NCBI GenBank assembly: GCA_014653715.1
Contig: JACWEB010000001.1
Location: forward strand, 84,798 to 148,797
Reading direction: 5' to 3'
DNA: 64,000 nt
DNA from: Pelagibacterales bacterium SAG-MED31
Lineage (GTDB): Bacteria > Pseudomonadota > Alphaproteobacteria > HIMB59 > GCA-002718135
The translations under genes were made by a program, and so were the position numbers. The notes below the pieces were generated by a model. It was not told the origin of the DNA, searched no databases, and saw nothing but the letters and a program-made list of their open reading frames with translations. Below, one piece after another: positions 20,044 through 27,995 of the stretch (positions within the stretch are counted from its first letter, which is position 1; each line of letters starts with the position of its first letter).

Positions 20044-21039
20044 CTATTTGTAGTTCTTTAAATTAGCAATGTCATCTAGAACCTTAGCTCTATCAGCTGG
20101 GCTTAACTCAACCAAACCAGCATCTAAAAGATAACCTTCTGTTGCTTCTTCGCTTACAAATTCATTAACGTAATCCATTAAACCCGGGATTACACCTACA
20201 TGTGCTTTCTTGATATAGAAGAATAATGGTCTTGCAATTGGGTATGAATAATCTTGAATACCTTCCATTGAAATTTCAACACCATTAACTTTAGAAGCAG
20301 CTACTTTATCTTCGTTATTAGCTAAGAAACTATATCCAAAGATACCAAATGCACCTTGCTCTTTTGAAATGTGTTCGACGTACAATTCATCATTTTCACC
20401 ACCTTCAATAACATGACCATCTTCACGGTACGCTTTGCAGTCACCATCAGCAACTAACATATCCTTAACACAGCCTTTTTTCATAACAAGCGAGTCAAAA
20501 GCATCTCTGGTTCCTGAAGAAGGAGGAGGTGCCATAATAGATATTTCTACCTTTGGTAATCTTTTATCAATATCAAACCAAGTTTCTGGCGCATCTTTAT
20601 TATCTCTAGCCATTGCTTGCCAGATTTCTTCTTTGGAAAGATCAATACCACCAGCCATTGATGCACCGTTTGTATATTTCCATTCATAATCAGCAGAGTA
20701 AGCAAATGCTATACCATCATTTCCTACACGAACTTCAACGATATCAGTTACACCACCATCTTGGCAAAGTGCAAATTCTTTATCTTTCTGTGCTCTTGAA
20801 GAGTTTGTAATATCAGGGTGCTCTACACCAACACCTGCACAAAATAATTTATGCCCACCACCAGAACCAGTACTTTCAATAACTGGTGCTTTCATTCCTT
20901 CTGATGCCATCTTTTCTGCAACCAATGTTGCAAAAGGATACACCGTCGAAGATCCAACAATAGATATGTAATCTCTTGCAGAAGCTGAACTGGTTACTGC
21001 AAAAGAAAGAGTAATTAAACTAACAATAATTTTTTTCAT
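20044..21039 (-). CDS. pstS: Phosphate ABC transporter substrate-binding protein PstS
   Basis: Signal peptide MKKIIVSLITLSFAVTSSASA. The motif IVGSSTVYPFA is typical of PstS-family binding proteins. AAAGAGG Shine-Dalgarno sequence. Confidence 0.85.
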   Translation of the reverse strand: MKKIIVSLITLSFAVTSSASARDYISIVGSSTVYPFATLVAEKMASEGMKAPVIESTGSGGGHKLFCAGVGVEHPDITNSSRAQKDKEFALCQDGGVTDIVEVRVGNDGIAFAYSADYEWKYTNGASMAGGIDLSKEEIWQAMARDNKDAPETWFDIDKRLPKVEISIMAPPPSSGTRDAFDSLVMKKGCVKDMLVADGDCKAYREDGHVIEGGENDELYVEHISKEQGAFGIFGYSFLANNEDKVAASKVNGVEISMEGIQDYSYPIARPLFFYIKKAHVGVIPGLMDYVNEFVSEEATEGYLLDAGLVELSPADRAKVLDDIANLKNYK

Positions 21040-21084
21040 TCTAAACCTCTTTAAATAAATTTAAATTTTAAATAGAAGTCTATT

Positions 21085-21102
21085 GTTACAGAAATATTAA
21101 AG
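21085..21102 (-). promoter_or_regulatory. Pho-box-like element upstream of pstS
   Basis: The minus strand reads CTTTAAT-ATTT-CTGTAAC, 45 nt upstream of the pstS ATG. It is identical in 17 of 18 positions to the element at 45751-45768 upstream of the Ugp-like binding-protein gene. Confidence 0.5.
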
Positions 21103-21118
21103 ATTTATTTTTTATTAG

Positions 21119-22153
21119 TTAATTTAGTGCAGGTAAGTAAACACTAAAAATGCTCCCTTTTTCAAGCTCACTTTCAATTGTTAGTTTTCCATTATGACGA
21201 TTTATAATGTGTTTAACAATTGATAAGCCTAATCCTGTACCGCCTAAATCTCTAGAGCGGTTTTTATCAATTCTGTAAAATCGCTCTGTTAAACGGCCGA
21301 GGTGCTCACTTGAAATTCCTTCACCTTGATCTTTAATTTGCACTTGAACATATATATTGTCATCTACCATAGCCTCCTTAAGAGCAATATTTATATCACT
21401 GCCTTTCTGACAATATTTAATGGCATTATCGATGATATTAATAAATACTTGAATCATAGAATCACTGTTAAGAGAAATTATTTTTTTATTACAATCATCA
21501 TTTAAATTTACTTTTAAATTTTTATCTTCTATTTTTTTATTTAAGTTATCAATGGCGCTTTGAACAACTTTTACAATTTCTACTTCTTTAAACTGAAGAG
21601 GTTTATCTTCAGTTTCATATTTACTTAATAGCAATAAATCCTCAACCAACCTTGTCATCCGCCATGCTTGATCTTCCATAATATCCAAAAATTTATGAGT
21701 GGTCGTTTTATCAAGATTAATATCATTCTTTATAGTCTCAATATAACCTACAATAGAGGAGAGGGGTGTTCTTAATTCGTGACTAACATTGGCAACAAAA
21801 TCAGTTCGCATTTTTTCATAACTATAAAGCATTGTTTGATCTGTTAGCATGATAGTTAATTCAGAATCTGAGCCATCATTTTCATGAAAAAAAACAAGAT
21901 CAGCTATAAAATACCAATCTTCAAAATTAGATGGTTGAAATTCAACTTTAAAATCTTTTTTTTCACTAAACGCTTTATTAATAAAGGTATTTAGATCTGT
22001 AGATCTAATTACAGTATTGATATCCCTTCCTTCTTCAAGAAAAAGAAATTTTTGTTTAGCAAAATTATTATAGTAAGTGACATTCTTATCAATATCGATA
22101 ACAATTGTAATTAAAGGTGTTTTATCTAGTGCCCTTTTTATGTTTTTTTTCAT
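21119..22153 (-). CDS. phoR: Phosphate regulon sensor histidine kinase PhoR (no transmembrane segment)
   Basis: PAS-like N-terminus, H-box NVSHELRTPL, N-box NIIDNAIKY, G1 DQGEGI, G2 GGTGLGLSIV. No hydrophobic helix anywhere in the 344 aa. Confidence 0.8.
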   Translation of the reverse strand: MKKNIKRALDKTPLITIVIDIDKNVTYYNNFAKQKFLFLEEGRDINTVIRSTDLNTFINKAFSEKKDFKVEFQPSNFEDWYFIADLVFFHENDGSDSELTIMLTDQTMLYSYEKMRTDFVANVSHELRTPLSSIVGYIETIKNDINLDKTTTHKFLDIMEDQAWRMTRLVEDLLLLSKYETEDKPLQFKEVEIVKVVQSAIDNLNKKIEDKNLKVNLNDDCNKKIISLNSDSMIQVFINIIDNAIKYCQKGSDINIALKEAMVDDNIYVQVQIKDQGEGISSEHLGRLTERFYRIDKNRSRDLGGTGLGLSIVKHIINRHNGKLTIESELEKGSIFSVYLPALN

Positions 22154-22619
22154 ATTTTTTTAACTTGGGCCAATCATCATCACTTAAAATATATCCTACA
22201 CATTTTTTTGATCCACATTTACAAATATGATCCTCAAAATCACTATCAAAAGGATATCCATAATTATAAGTTAGCTCTGCATCTTTTTTAATATTCTTTA
22301 TCGCAGATATCCAGATTTGATTATCAGTAATTTCCACTTCACAATTTGGATTACAAGAATGATTAATGAATCTTGCATAATTCCGTAAAACACCCCCATC
22401 AATATCATATTTTTTATTGAGTTCAAAAACATACACCATGCCATTTTTCTTATTTTTTTCAGCCTTTTTTAACTGAATATCTGCACGGCGATCACCTTCT
22501 TTTTTTGTAACCTTGTCTCCAATATATTGGATGACTTGATCACCTTTTTTAATATTAGATAAAGCAAAAAGACCAGAACCATGTAGGTATGATTTTTTTT
22601 TATACCATACTTTTTGCAT
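22122..22619 (-). CDS. SET-domain protein (putative protein-lysine methyltransferase)
   Basis: SET signatures RFINHSCNPNCE and ELTYNYGY, plus a post-SET Cys cluster CKCGSKKC. It overlaps the phoR start by 32 nt. Confidence 0.8.
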   Translation of the reverse strand: MQKVWYKKKSYLHGSGLFALSNIKKGDQVIQYIGDKVTKKEGDRRADIQLKKAEKNKKNGMVYVFELNKKYDIDGGVLRNYARFINHSCNPNCEVEITDNQIWISAIKNIKKDAELTYNYGYPFDSDFEDHICKCGSKKCVGYILSDDDWPKLKKYEKKHKKGTR

Positions 22620-22714
22620 AGAGATTTATTAGATGTTTTTATTTGATATTCAAGAAATTACTGGTTATTTTTTAGATGAAATAAAAGTTTAACAAAATAA
22701 ATTTATTTTATGAT

Positions 22715-23425
22715 ATGAAAAATACTATCTTCAGTAAAGTTTTAGCTGAATTTATTGGCACATTCTTTCTTGTATTAACCGTTGTTGGTAGTGGGATCAT
22801 GGGAGAAAATTTATCTGATAATTTAGCGCTCACTCTTCTTGGTAATTCTATTGCAACTGGTGCAATTTTATTTGTTATAATTACAATGTTTATAAATATA
22901 TCAGGTGCATACTTTAATCCTGTTGTTATTATTAGTGATTATATTAATGGAAAAATATCTCTAAACATATCAACAATATTCATACTTGCTCAAATAATAG
23001 GAGGAGTTTTAGGATGCCTGCTTTCTAATATTTATTTTGAAAAAGAGATTTTTGAATGGTCAACTAATCAGCGCTATAGTTTTTCAACTTTTATATCTGA
23101 AATTGTAGCCACATTCGGTCTTATATTAACTATTATTATTATAGGCGCAAAAAATAAAGAAAAACTAGCTGTAGCGGTTGCATTGTACATAACAGCTGGC
23201 TATTGGTTTACATCTTCAACTAGTTTTGCAAATCCTGCAGTTACAATTGCAAGAATGTTTACAGATACTTTTACAGGTATTCATCCCGCGAGTGTTTTAT
23301 ACTTTATTCTAGCACAGGTAATTGGAGCATTAGTTGCATCATTTGTTGGAAAATTTTTTATAAATTCAAAAAATATTAAATCACTCACAACTATATCAAC
23401 AAAATATACGGCAGAAAAAGAATAG
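22715..23425 (+). CDS. MIP-family channel (aquaporin / aquaglyceroporin-like)
   Basis: Six hydrophobic helices. First box FNPVV (NPV instead of NPA), second box ANPAVTIAR. Convergent with arsC. Confidence 0.8.
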   Translation: MKNTIFSKVLAEFIGTFFLVLTVVGSGIMGENLSDNLALTLLGNSIATGAILFVIITMFINISGAYFNPVVIISDYINGKISLNISTIFILAQIIGGVLGCLLSNIYFEKEIFEWSTNQRYSFSTFISEIVATFGLILTIIIIGAKNKEKLAVAVALYITAGYWFTSSTSFANPAVTIARMFTDTFTGIHPASVLYFILAQVIGALVASFVGKFFINSKNIKSLTTISTKYTAEKE

Positions 23426-23522
23426 TGTGAGTGATGTGAATTTAATAATGATTTAATTTTACAAAAATATGAACAAAATATTATTATTTAAATTTTTATA
23501 AAATAAAATTATATATTTGAAA

Positions 23523-23936
23523 TTAATCTCCAAAATTAATTATTAATTCCTTTAATTTATATTTAATTAAATCTCTTACTTCTCTGAATTTATTTAATTG
23601 ATGATCAGAAAAATTTTCTGATGCAGGGTCTTCAAGTGGGATTGGGATAACAATAGCATCAGAATTTAATAAAGGGCATACTTCTTCTTTACATAAAGGA
23701 ATAACGTAATCTAAATTATTTATAAAATCATCATTCAAGCTTTCAAAATCTTTGGAAGAGTGATTAGAAATATCGATATTTATTTCCTTCATAACTTCAA
23801 TAGCAAGGGGGTTAACCCTTGACGGCATTGAACCTGCACTTTGAAATTCAATATTTGGGAAAAGTGCTCTTGCAATGCCCTCAGCCATTTGACTACGAGC
23901 TGAATTTGCAACACACATAAATAAAATTTTTTTCAT
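23523..23936 (-). CDS. arsC: Arsenate reductase, LMW-PTPase (thioredoxin-coupled) type
   Basis: P-loop MCVANSARSQMAEG (CX5R-S) and downstream Cys residues in CKEEVCP. I prefer ATG 23936 (MKKILFMC...) to the ORF-track start 23969, which removes the overlap with the upstream small ORF. Confidence 0.75.
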   Translation of the reverse strand: MKKILFMCVANSARSQMAEGIARALFPNIEFQSAGSMPSRVNPLAIEVMKEINIDISNHSSKDFESLNDDFINNLDYVIPLCKEEVCPLLNSDAIVIPIPLEDPASENFSDHQLNKFREVRDLIKYKLKELIINFGD

Positions 23937-23943
23937 TAATAAA

Positions 23944-24171
23944 TTATGACAAGTAGTAAGTGTATCCAATTATAAAAAGTGGAATTTGTAGGCCAAAGTT
24001 AGTCATCAACGCTCTGTCTTTAGTTATTAAGCCAGCAATAGACCAACCGATAGCCCCCAAACCATGAATAAAAATATTAAGAGGATAATTATTTAGATTG
24101 GTTAGAAGTATTCCAGTTAAAATTAAAATTGTACTTAACCACTTTAAATTGTTTGTTGTAATAAGACTCAT
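23944..24171 (-). CDS. 75-aa membrane protein of unknown function (about 3 helices)
   Basis: Hydrophobic ORF immediately upstream of arsC and co-oriented with it. No motif recognised. Confidence 0.4.
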   Translation of the reverse strand: MSLITTNNLKWLSTILILTGILLTNLNNYPLNIFIHGLGAIGWSIAGLITKDRALMTNFGLQIPLFIIGYTYYLS

Positions 24172-24236
24172 TGATGCTCCTAAAATTAATTTATTTATAT
24201 ATTTCTTATATTACAGTAATTTGAAATTTTGTTTAA

Positions 24237-24255
24237 ATGTAACAAATTTGTAACA
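24237..24255 (+). promoter_or_regulatory. Pho-box-like phased direct repeat upstream of the DUF47-PiT operon
   Basis: ATGTAAC-AAAT-TTGTAAC gives a TGTAACA perfect repeat at 24238 and 24249. TATAAG at 24282-24287 is a possible -10. The ATG is at 24294. Confidence 0.5.
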
Positions 24256-24293
24256 TTCCTTTATTTTTTTTTTAAAAGTTCTATAAGCCCCCG

Positions 24294-24956
24294 ATGTTTG
24301 GATTAAAAAGTAGCTCTTTATTTAGTGATACAAAAAAACTTGAGCGAGAAATTGATGGGTTTGTTGATATTCTCTCGGAGGTTGGCTTAGTATTTAAAAG
24401 TATTGTACCAACCTATCTCAACCATTCTGCCAATGGTAAATTTGATGAAATGGTTGAAAAAGTTAAAGAAATGGAGAGTAAAGCAGATAAAATAACAAAA
24501 GAAGTGGAACACACATTATATGAGGAAACGCTCATCCCTGATGCACGAAGTGATGTGTTACGTCTTCTAGAACATATGGATGAATTAATTGGTATGTACC
24601 AAGGTAATTGTTATCACTTCTCTATTCAAAAACCAAATTTTCCAAAAGAGTTTCATGAAGATCTTATCGAATTAACAGAAACCGTTGTGAATTGTGTAGA
24701 AGCTTTATGCTTAACAGTGCGTTCGTTTTTTCGTGATATTAAAAGTGTACGTGATAATGGACATAAAGTTACCTTTTATGAAAAAGAATCAGATATAAAA
24801 TTTAGTGCCTTAGCACGAAGAATTTTTGATTCCGAACTTCCTTTAGATCAAAAAATGCATCTTCGATATTTTGTTGAAAAAATTGATCGCATTTGTGATC
24901 AAGCAGAAGATATTGCTGATGAAGTTCAGATCTATGCAATTAAAAGATCCGTTTAA
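24294..24956 (+). CDS. DUF47 / PhoU-like Pit accessory protein
   Basis: 220-aa helical protein with paired acidic motifs. It sits directly upstream of a PiT transporter, the same pairing as orfA-pit in rhizobia. Confidence 0.7.
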   Translation: MFGLKSSSLFSDTKKLEREIDGFVDILSEVGLVFKSIVPTYLNHSANGKFDEMVEKVKEMESKADKITKEVEHTLYEETLIPDARSDVLRLLEHMDELIGMYQGNCYHFSIQKPNFPKEFHEDLIELTETVVNCVEALCLTVRSFFRDIKSVRDNGHKVTFYEKESDIKFSALARRIFDSELPLDQKMHLRYFVEKIDRICDQAEDIADEVQIYAIKRSV

Positions 24957-24962
24957 TAACTA

Positions 24963-26015
24963 ATGGACATCTCCATCATTATTTTTCTCTTAGGTGGATT
25001 ATTTCTTGGGTGGTCTTTAGGGGCAAATGATGCTGCTAATGTTTTTGGTACAGCGGTTGGAACACGCATGGTGCGTTTTAAAACTGCTGCTATCATCTGT
25101 AGTATCTTTGTTATATTGGGTGCGATCATTAGCGGTGCAGGAACTACCGAAACATTAGGGAAGCTTGGTGCCATCAATGCACTTCCCGGTGCTTTTGCTG
25201 CTTGTATTGCTGCAGGCATTTCAGTTTATCTAATGACGAAAGCAGGGCTTCCTGTGTCTACAACGCAAGCAATTGTTGGTGCTATTGTTGGATGGAATTT
25301 ATACACTGGATCAGCAACCAATATAAAAGTTCTCATTACAATTTTAGGCACGTGGGTATTATGTCCAGTCATTGCAGGACTAATCGCTATGGGTTTTTTT
25401 ACATTTACAAAAAATTTTATTTTAAAAAGAAAGCTTCATATTCTAAGACTGGATGCATACACACGAACAGCTCTGCTATTAGCAGGAGCCTTTGGTGCAT
25501 ACAGTTTAGGGGCAAACAATATTGCTAACGTTATGGGTGTATTTGTTCCTATATCGCCGTTTACAGATATTTCTATTTCTAGTTTTTTTGTTTTTAGCTC
25601 AAAGGAGCAATTATTTTTACTTGGGGGATTAGCTATTGCAGTTGGTGTTTTTACATATTCTAAAAAAGTTATGTTCACTGTGGGTAATGATTTATTAAAG
25701 ATGTCACCTGTTGCCGCTTTTATTGTTGTTATCTCCCACTCTATCGTTTTATTTTTATTTGCCTCTCAGGGTATTAGTAATTTTTTACAGTCAATTAATT
25801 TACCCTCTATTCCTCTTGTTCCCGTCTCCAGTTCTCAGGCTGTTGTTGGCGCTGTCATTGGAATTGGTTTATTAAAAGGAGGAAAAGAAGTGCAGTGGTC
25901 TATAGCGGGGAGAATTACAATTGGTTGGTTTACGCTTCCTGTAATTTCAGCATTAATATCAATAATACTTTTATTTATTCTCTCAAATATTTTTAACTTA
26001 ACAGTGTCGTTTTAA
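24963..26015 (+). CDS. pit: PiT-family inorganic phosphate transporter
   Basis: Duplicated PiT signature: GANDAANVFGTAVG near the N-terminus and GANNIANVMG in the second half. Polytopic, 350 aa. Confidence 0.85.
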   Translation: MDISIIIFLLGGLFLGWSLGANDAANVFGTAVGTRMVRFKTAAIICSIFVILGAIISGAGTTETLGKLGAINALPGAFAACIAAGISVYLMTKAGLPVSTTQAIVGAIVGWNLYTGSATNIKVLITILGTWVLCPVIAGLIAMGFFTFTKNFILKRKLHILRLDAYTRTALLLAGAFGAYSLGANNIANVMGVFVPISPFTDISISSFFVFSSKEQLFLLGGLAIAVGVFTYSKKVMFTVGNDLLKMSPVAAFIVVISHSIVLFLFASQGISNFLQSINLPSIPLVPVSSSQAVVGAVIGIGLLKGGKEVQWSIAGRITIGWFTLPVISALISIILLFILSNIFNLTVSF

Positions 26016-26533
26016 TTTACTGCTCGGTACGCAGTGATAAAATCTTCTTGAACTTTCGTTTCTATCGCACCTTTTCTTCTCTCTCTCACGATTTCAATTG
26101 CATCTTTTTTTTCATAGCCAAAATCGACTAACAATATTGCTGCAATTGTTCCTGCTCGTCCTTTGCCACCTCGACAATGAAATACAACGTTCGATCCCTC
26201 TATAAGTTCATTTTTAAGTAATACTTTTGTTGTCTCCCATTTGAATTTAAAATCCTGGTTGGGTGCTCCTAAATCTTGAATAGGTAAGTGATACCATTTT
26301 AAATGATGTCGATAAATTTTTTCAACAAACAATTTTTTATCACATAACTTTTCAAATTCTTTATCTTCTACAAAAGAAGTAATCGAGCTACATTGTTTTT
26401 TTGAAAATAATTCGAGTTGAGATGCAAGAATTTTGTCCTCAAATTTTCCTTCATCATTTAAGCCCGGAAAAGAAGTTAAAACTATTTTGCCATCAAATTT
26501 ATTTGAATCGATAAAATCATATGCATCGAACAT
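26012..26533 (-). CDS. Cys-based protein-tyrosine / dual-specificity phosphatase-like protein
   Basis: Active-site loop VVFHCRGGKGRAGT (HCX5R-S/T), with an upstream Asp loop IQDLGAP. It lies 2 nt downstream of the HD-domain gene. Confidence 0.6.
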   Translation of the reverse strand: MFDAYDFIDSNKFDGKIVLTSFPGLNDEGKFEDKILASQLELFSKKQCSSITSFVEDKEFEKLCDKKLFVEKIYRHHLKWYHLPIQDLGAPNQDFKFKWETTKVLLKNELIEGSNVVFHCRGGKGRAGTIAAILLVDFGYEKKDAIEIVRERRKGAIETKVQEDFITAYRAVN

Positions 26534-26535
26534 TA

Positions 26536-27096
26536 TTAGTTTGCAGATGCTTGAAATGAATTTTCTACGTATTTTCTGAAATGCTCCACAGACGGTGTTT
26601 CTTTATTAAGTATTTTTGCCTGATCATCATAACGACGCATTTCAACGGCTTCTTTCATCTGAGGTTTATTGATAAACTCCTCTGCTTCCTCTTTTGTGAA
26701 AATACCACCCTGTACTTTAAGTGACTCTTTTGATGCTTCAGATAGTTGATCATAGTACCCATCTTCTACAGCCGCCAAATATCGCTTTGATGCAACGTGT
26801 GCTCGAATAGGAAGTGTTACTTCTTCACCAAAATATTTTGACAAATAATCGGCCCCTAAATCTTCATGCACGCCATCTTTTCCCTCATGAATAGGATCTT
26901 TATCTTCATATATTAGATGACCAATATCATGAAGTAATGCAGCTGTAATAAATGCGTCTGATTTATTATTTTGCTCAGCTAATTCAGCACATTGAAGAGC
27001 GTGTTCTAACTGGGTAACATCTTCATTCCCATATTGAATATCAGCACCTTTTATCTTAAGTAAATTCAAAAGTTTATTAACGATATTGTTTTTCAT
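26536..27096 (-). CDS. HD-domain protein of the phosphonate-associated PhnZ/TmpB type (putative C-P cleaving diiron oxygenase)
   Basis: 186 aa. The ligand pattern is H32 ... H56-D57 ... H77 ... H100 ... D157, the H/HD/H/H/D series recalled for PhnZ. The Y22-x2-E25-x6-H32 spacing equals the Tyr/Glu/His spacing I recall for PhnZ. Phosphorus-gene context. Confidence 0.6.
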   Translation of the reverse strand: MKNNIVNKLLNLLKIKGADIQYGNEDVTQLEHALQCAELAEQNNKSDAFITAALLHDIGHLIYEDKDPIHEGKDGVHEDLGADYLSKYFGEEVTLPIRAHVASKRYLAAVEDGYYDQLSEASKESLKVQGGIFTKEEAEEFINKPQMKEAVEMRRYDDQAKILNKETPSVEHFRKYVENSFQASAN

Positions 27097-27140
27097 GAAT
27101 AATTAGTTAGTAAAATTATTTTATATCAAAACAATTACTA

Positions 27141-27983
27141 ATGACAAGTGCATCAATATATTTTCTAATTTTTTTTGCAGCTTTTTTACATGCTCTATGG
27201 AATATAATTATTAAATCTCTTGATAATTCTTTAGTTGGAATTGCTGTTAAGGTTTTCTTTCAAAGCATTATTTTTTTTCCACTTATTTTTTTTGTTCCTT
27301 TCCCAGAAGGTATAACTTGGCTTTACATCACTTGCTCATTTTTATTACATAGTCTTTATTTTATACTACTTGGAATTATGTATGATCGAGAAGATTTAAC
27401 TTTCATCTATCCGGTTGCAAGAGGTTGTGCTCCTGTTTTTGTAACAATTTTATCTTTTATTTTTCTTAAAGATATTATCCCTTTTTTTGGTTTTATTGGA
27501 ATTTTAATTATTTGTATTGCTTTGCTATTAATATCTGTAAGTAACTTTAATACAAAAATAGATTTTAAAACAATTGGTATTTCAATCTTTATAGCTTTTA
27601 TTATTTCTATTTATACATTCTCTGATGGAGCAGGTGTTAGATCAGTTAACAATAGTTTATCATTTATTGTGTGGAATTTTTTTTTAGGCGGTTGGATTTC
27701 TATAGGTTATGTATATCTAACAAGAAAACAGTCTTTATTTAGTTTAAAAATTAAAGAGTTATTTTTAATTTTATGTGCAACGGTAGTTTCATTTAGTGCA
27801 TATGCTATAATCATCTGGTCAATGAAATATGAGCCTTTTGGATTTGTTGCGTCAATGAGAGAGTCTAGTATTTTGTTTGCCTCACTAATTGGATTGGTTT
27901 TTTTAAAAGAAAAAATTGGGTATTTAAGAATAATATCAGGTATTTTATTCTTTATAGGCGTTAGTTTTATATTTAATGCTTAA
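27141..27983 (+). CDS. EamA/DMT-family transporter (280 aa), paralog of 51663..52505
   Basis: Ten hydrophobic helices. It shares the blocks FIYPVARG and SMRESSILFASLIGLVFLKE with the second copy. Confidence 0.7.
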   Translation: MTSASIYFLIFFAAFLHALWNIIIKSLDNSLVGIAVKVFFQSIIFFPLIFFVPFPEGITWLYITCSFLLHSLYFILLGIMYDREDLTFIYPVARGCAPVFVTILSFIFLKDIIPFFGFIGILIICIALLLISVSNFNTKIDFKTIGISIFIAFIISIYTFSDGAGVRSVNNSLSFIVWNFFLGGWISIGYVYLTRKQSLFSLKIKELFLILCATVVSFSAYAIIIWSMKYEPFGFVASMRESSILFASLIGLVFLKEKIGYLRIISGILFFIGVSFIFNA

Positions 27984-27995
27984 TTTTTCCATAAT

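Noticed and set aside
24953-25678. Track ORFs 24953-25219 (-), 25202-25528 (+) and 25436-25678 (-) within the PiT gene.
   Set aside because: These are shadow frames of the relatively GC-richer pit gene, which carries the duplicated GANDAAN signature.
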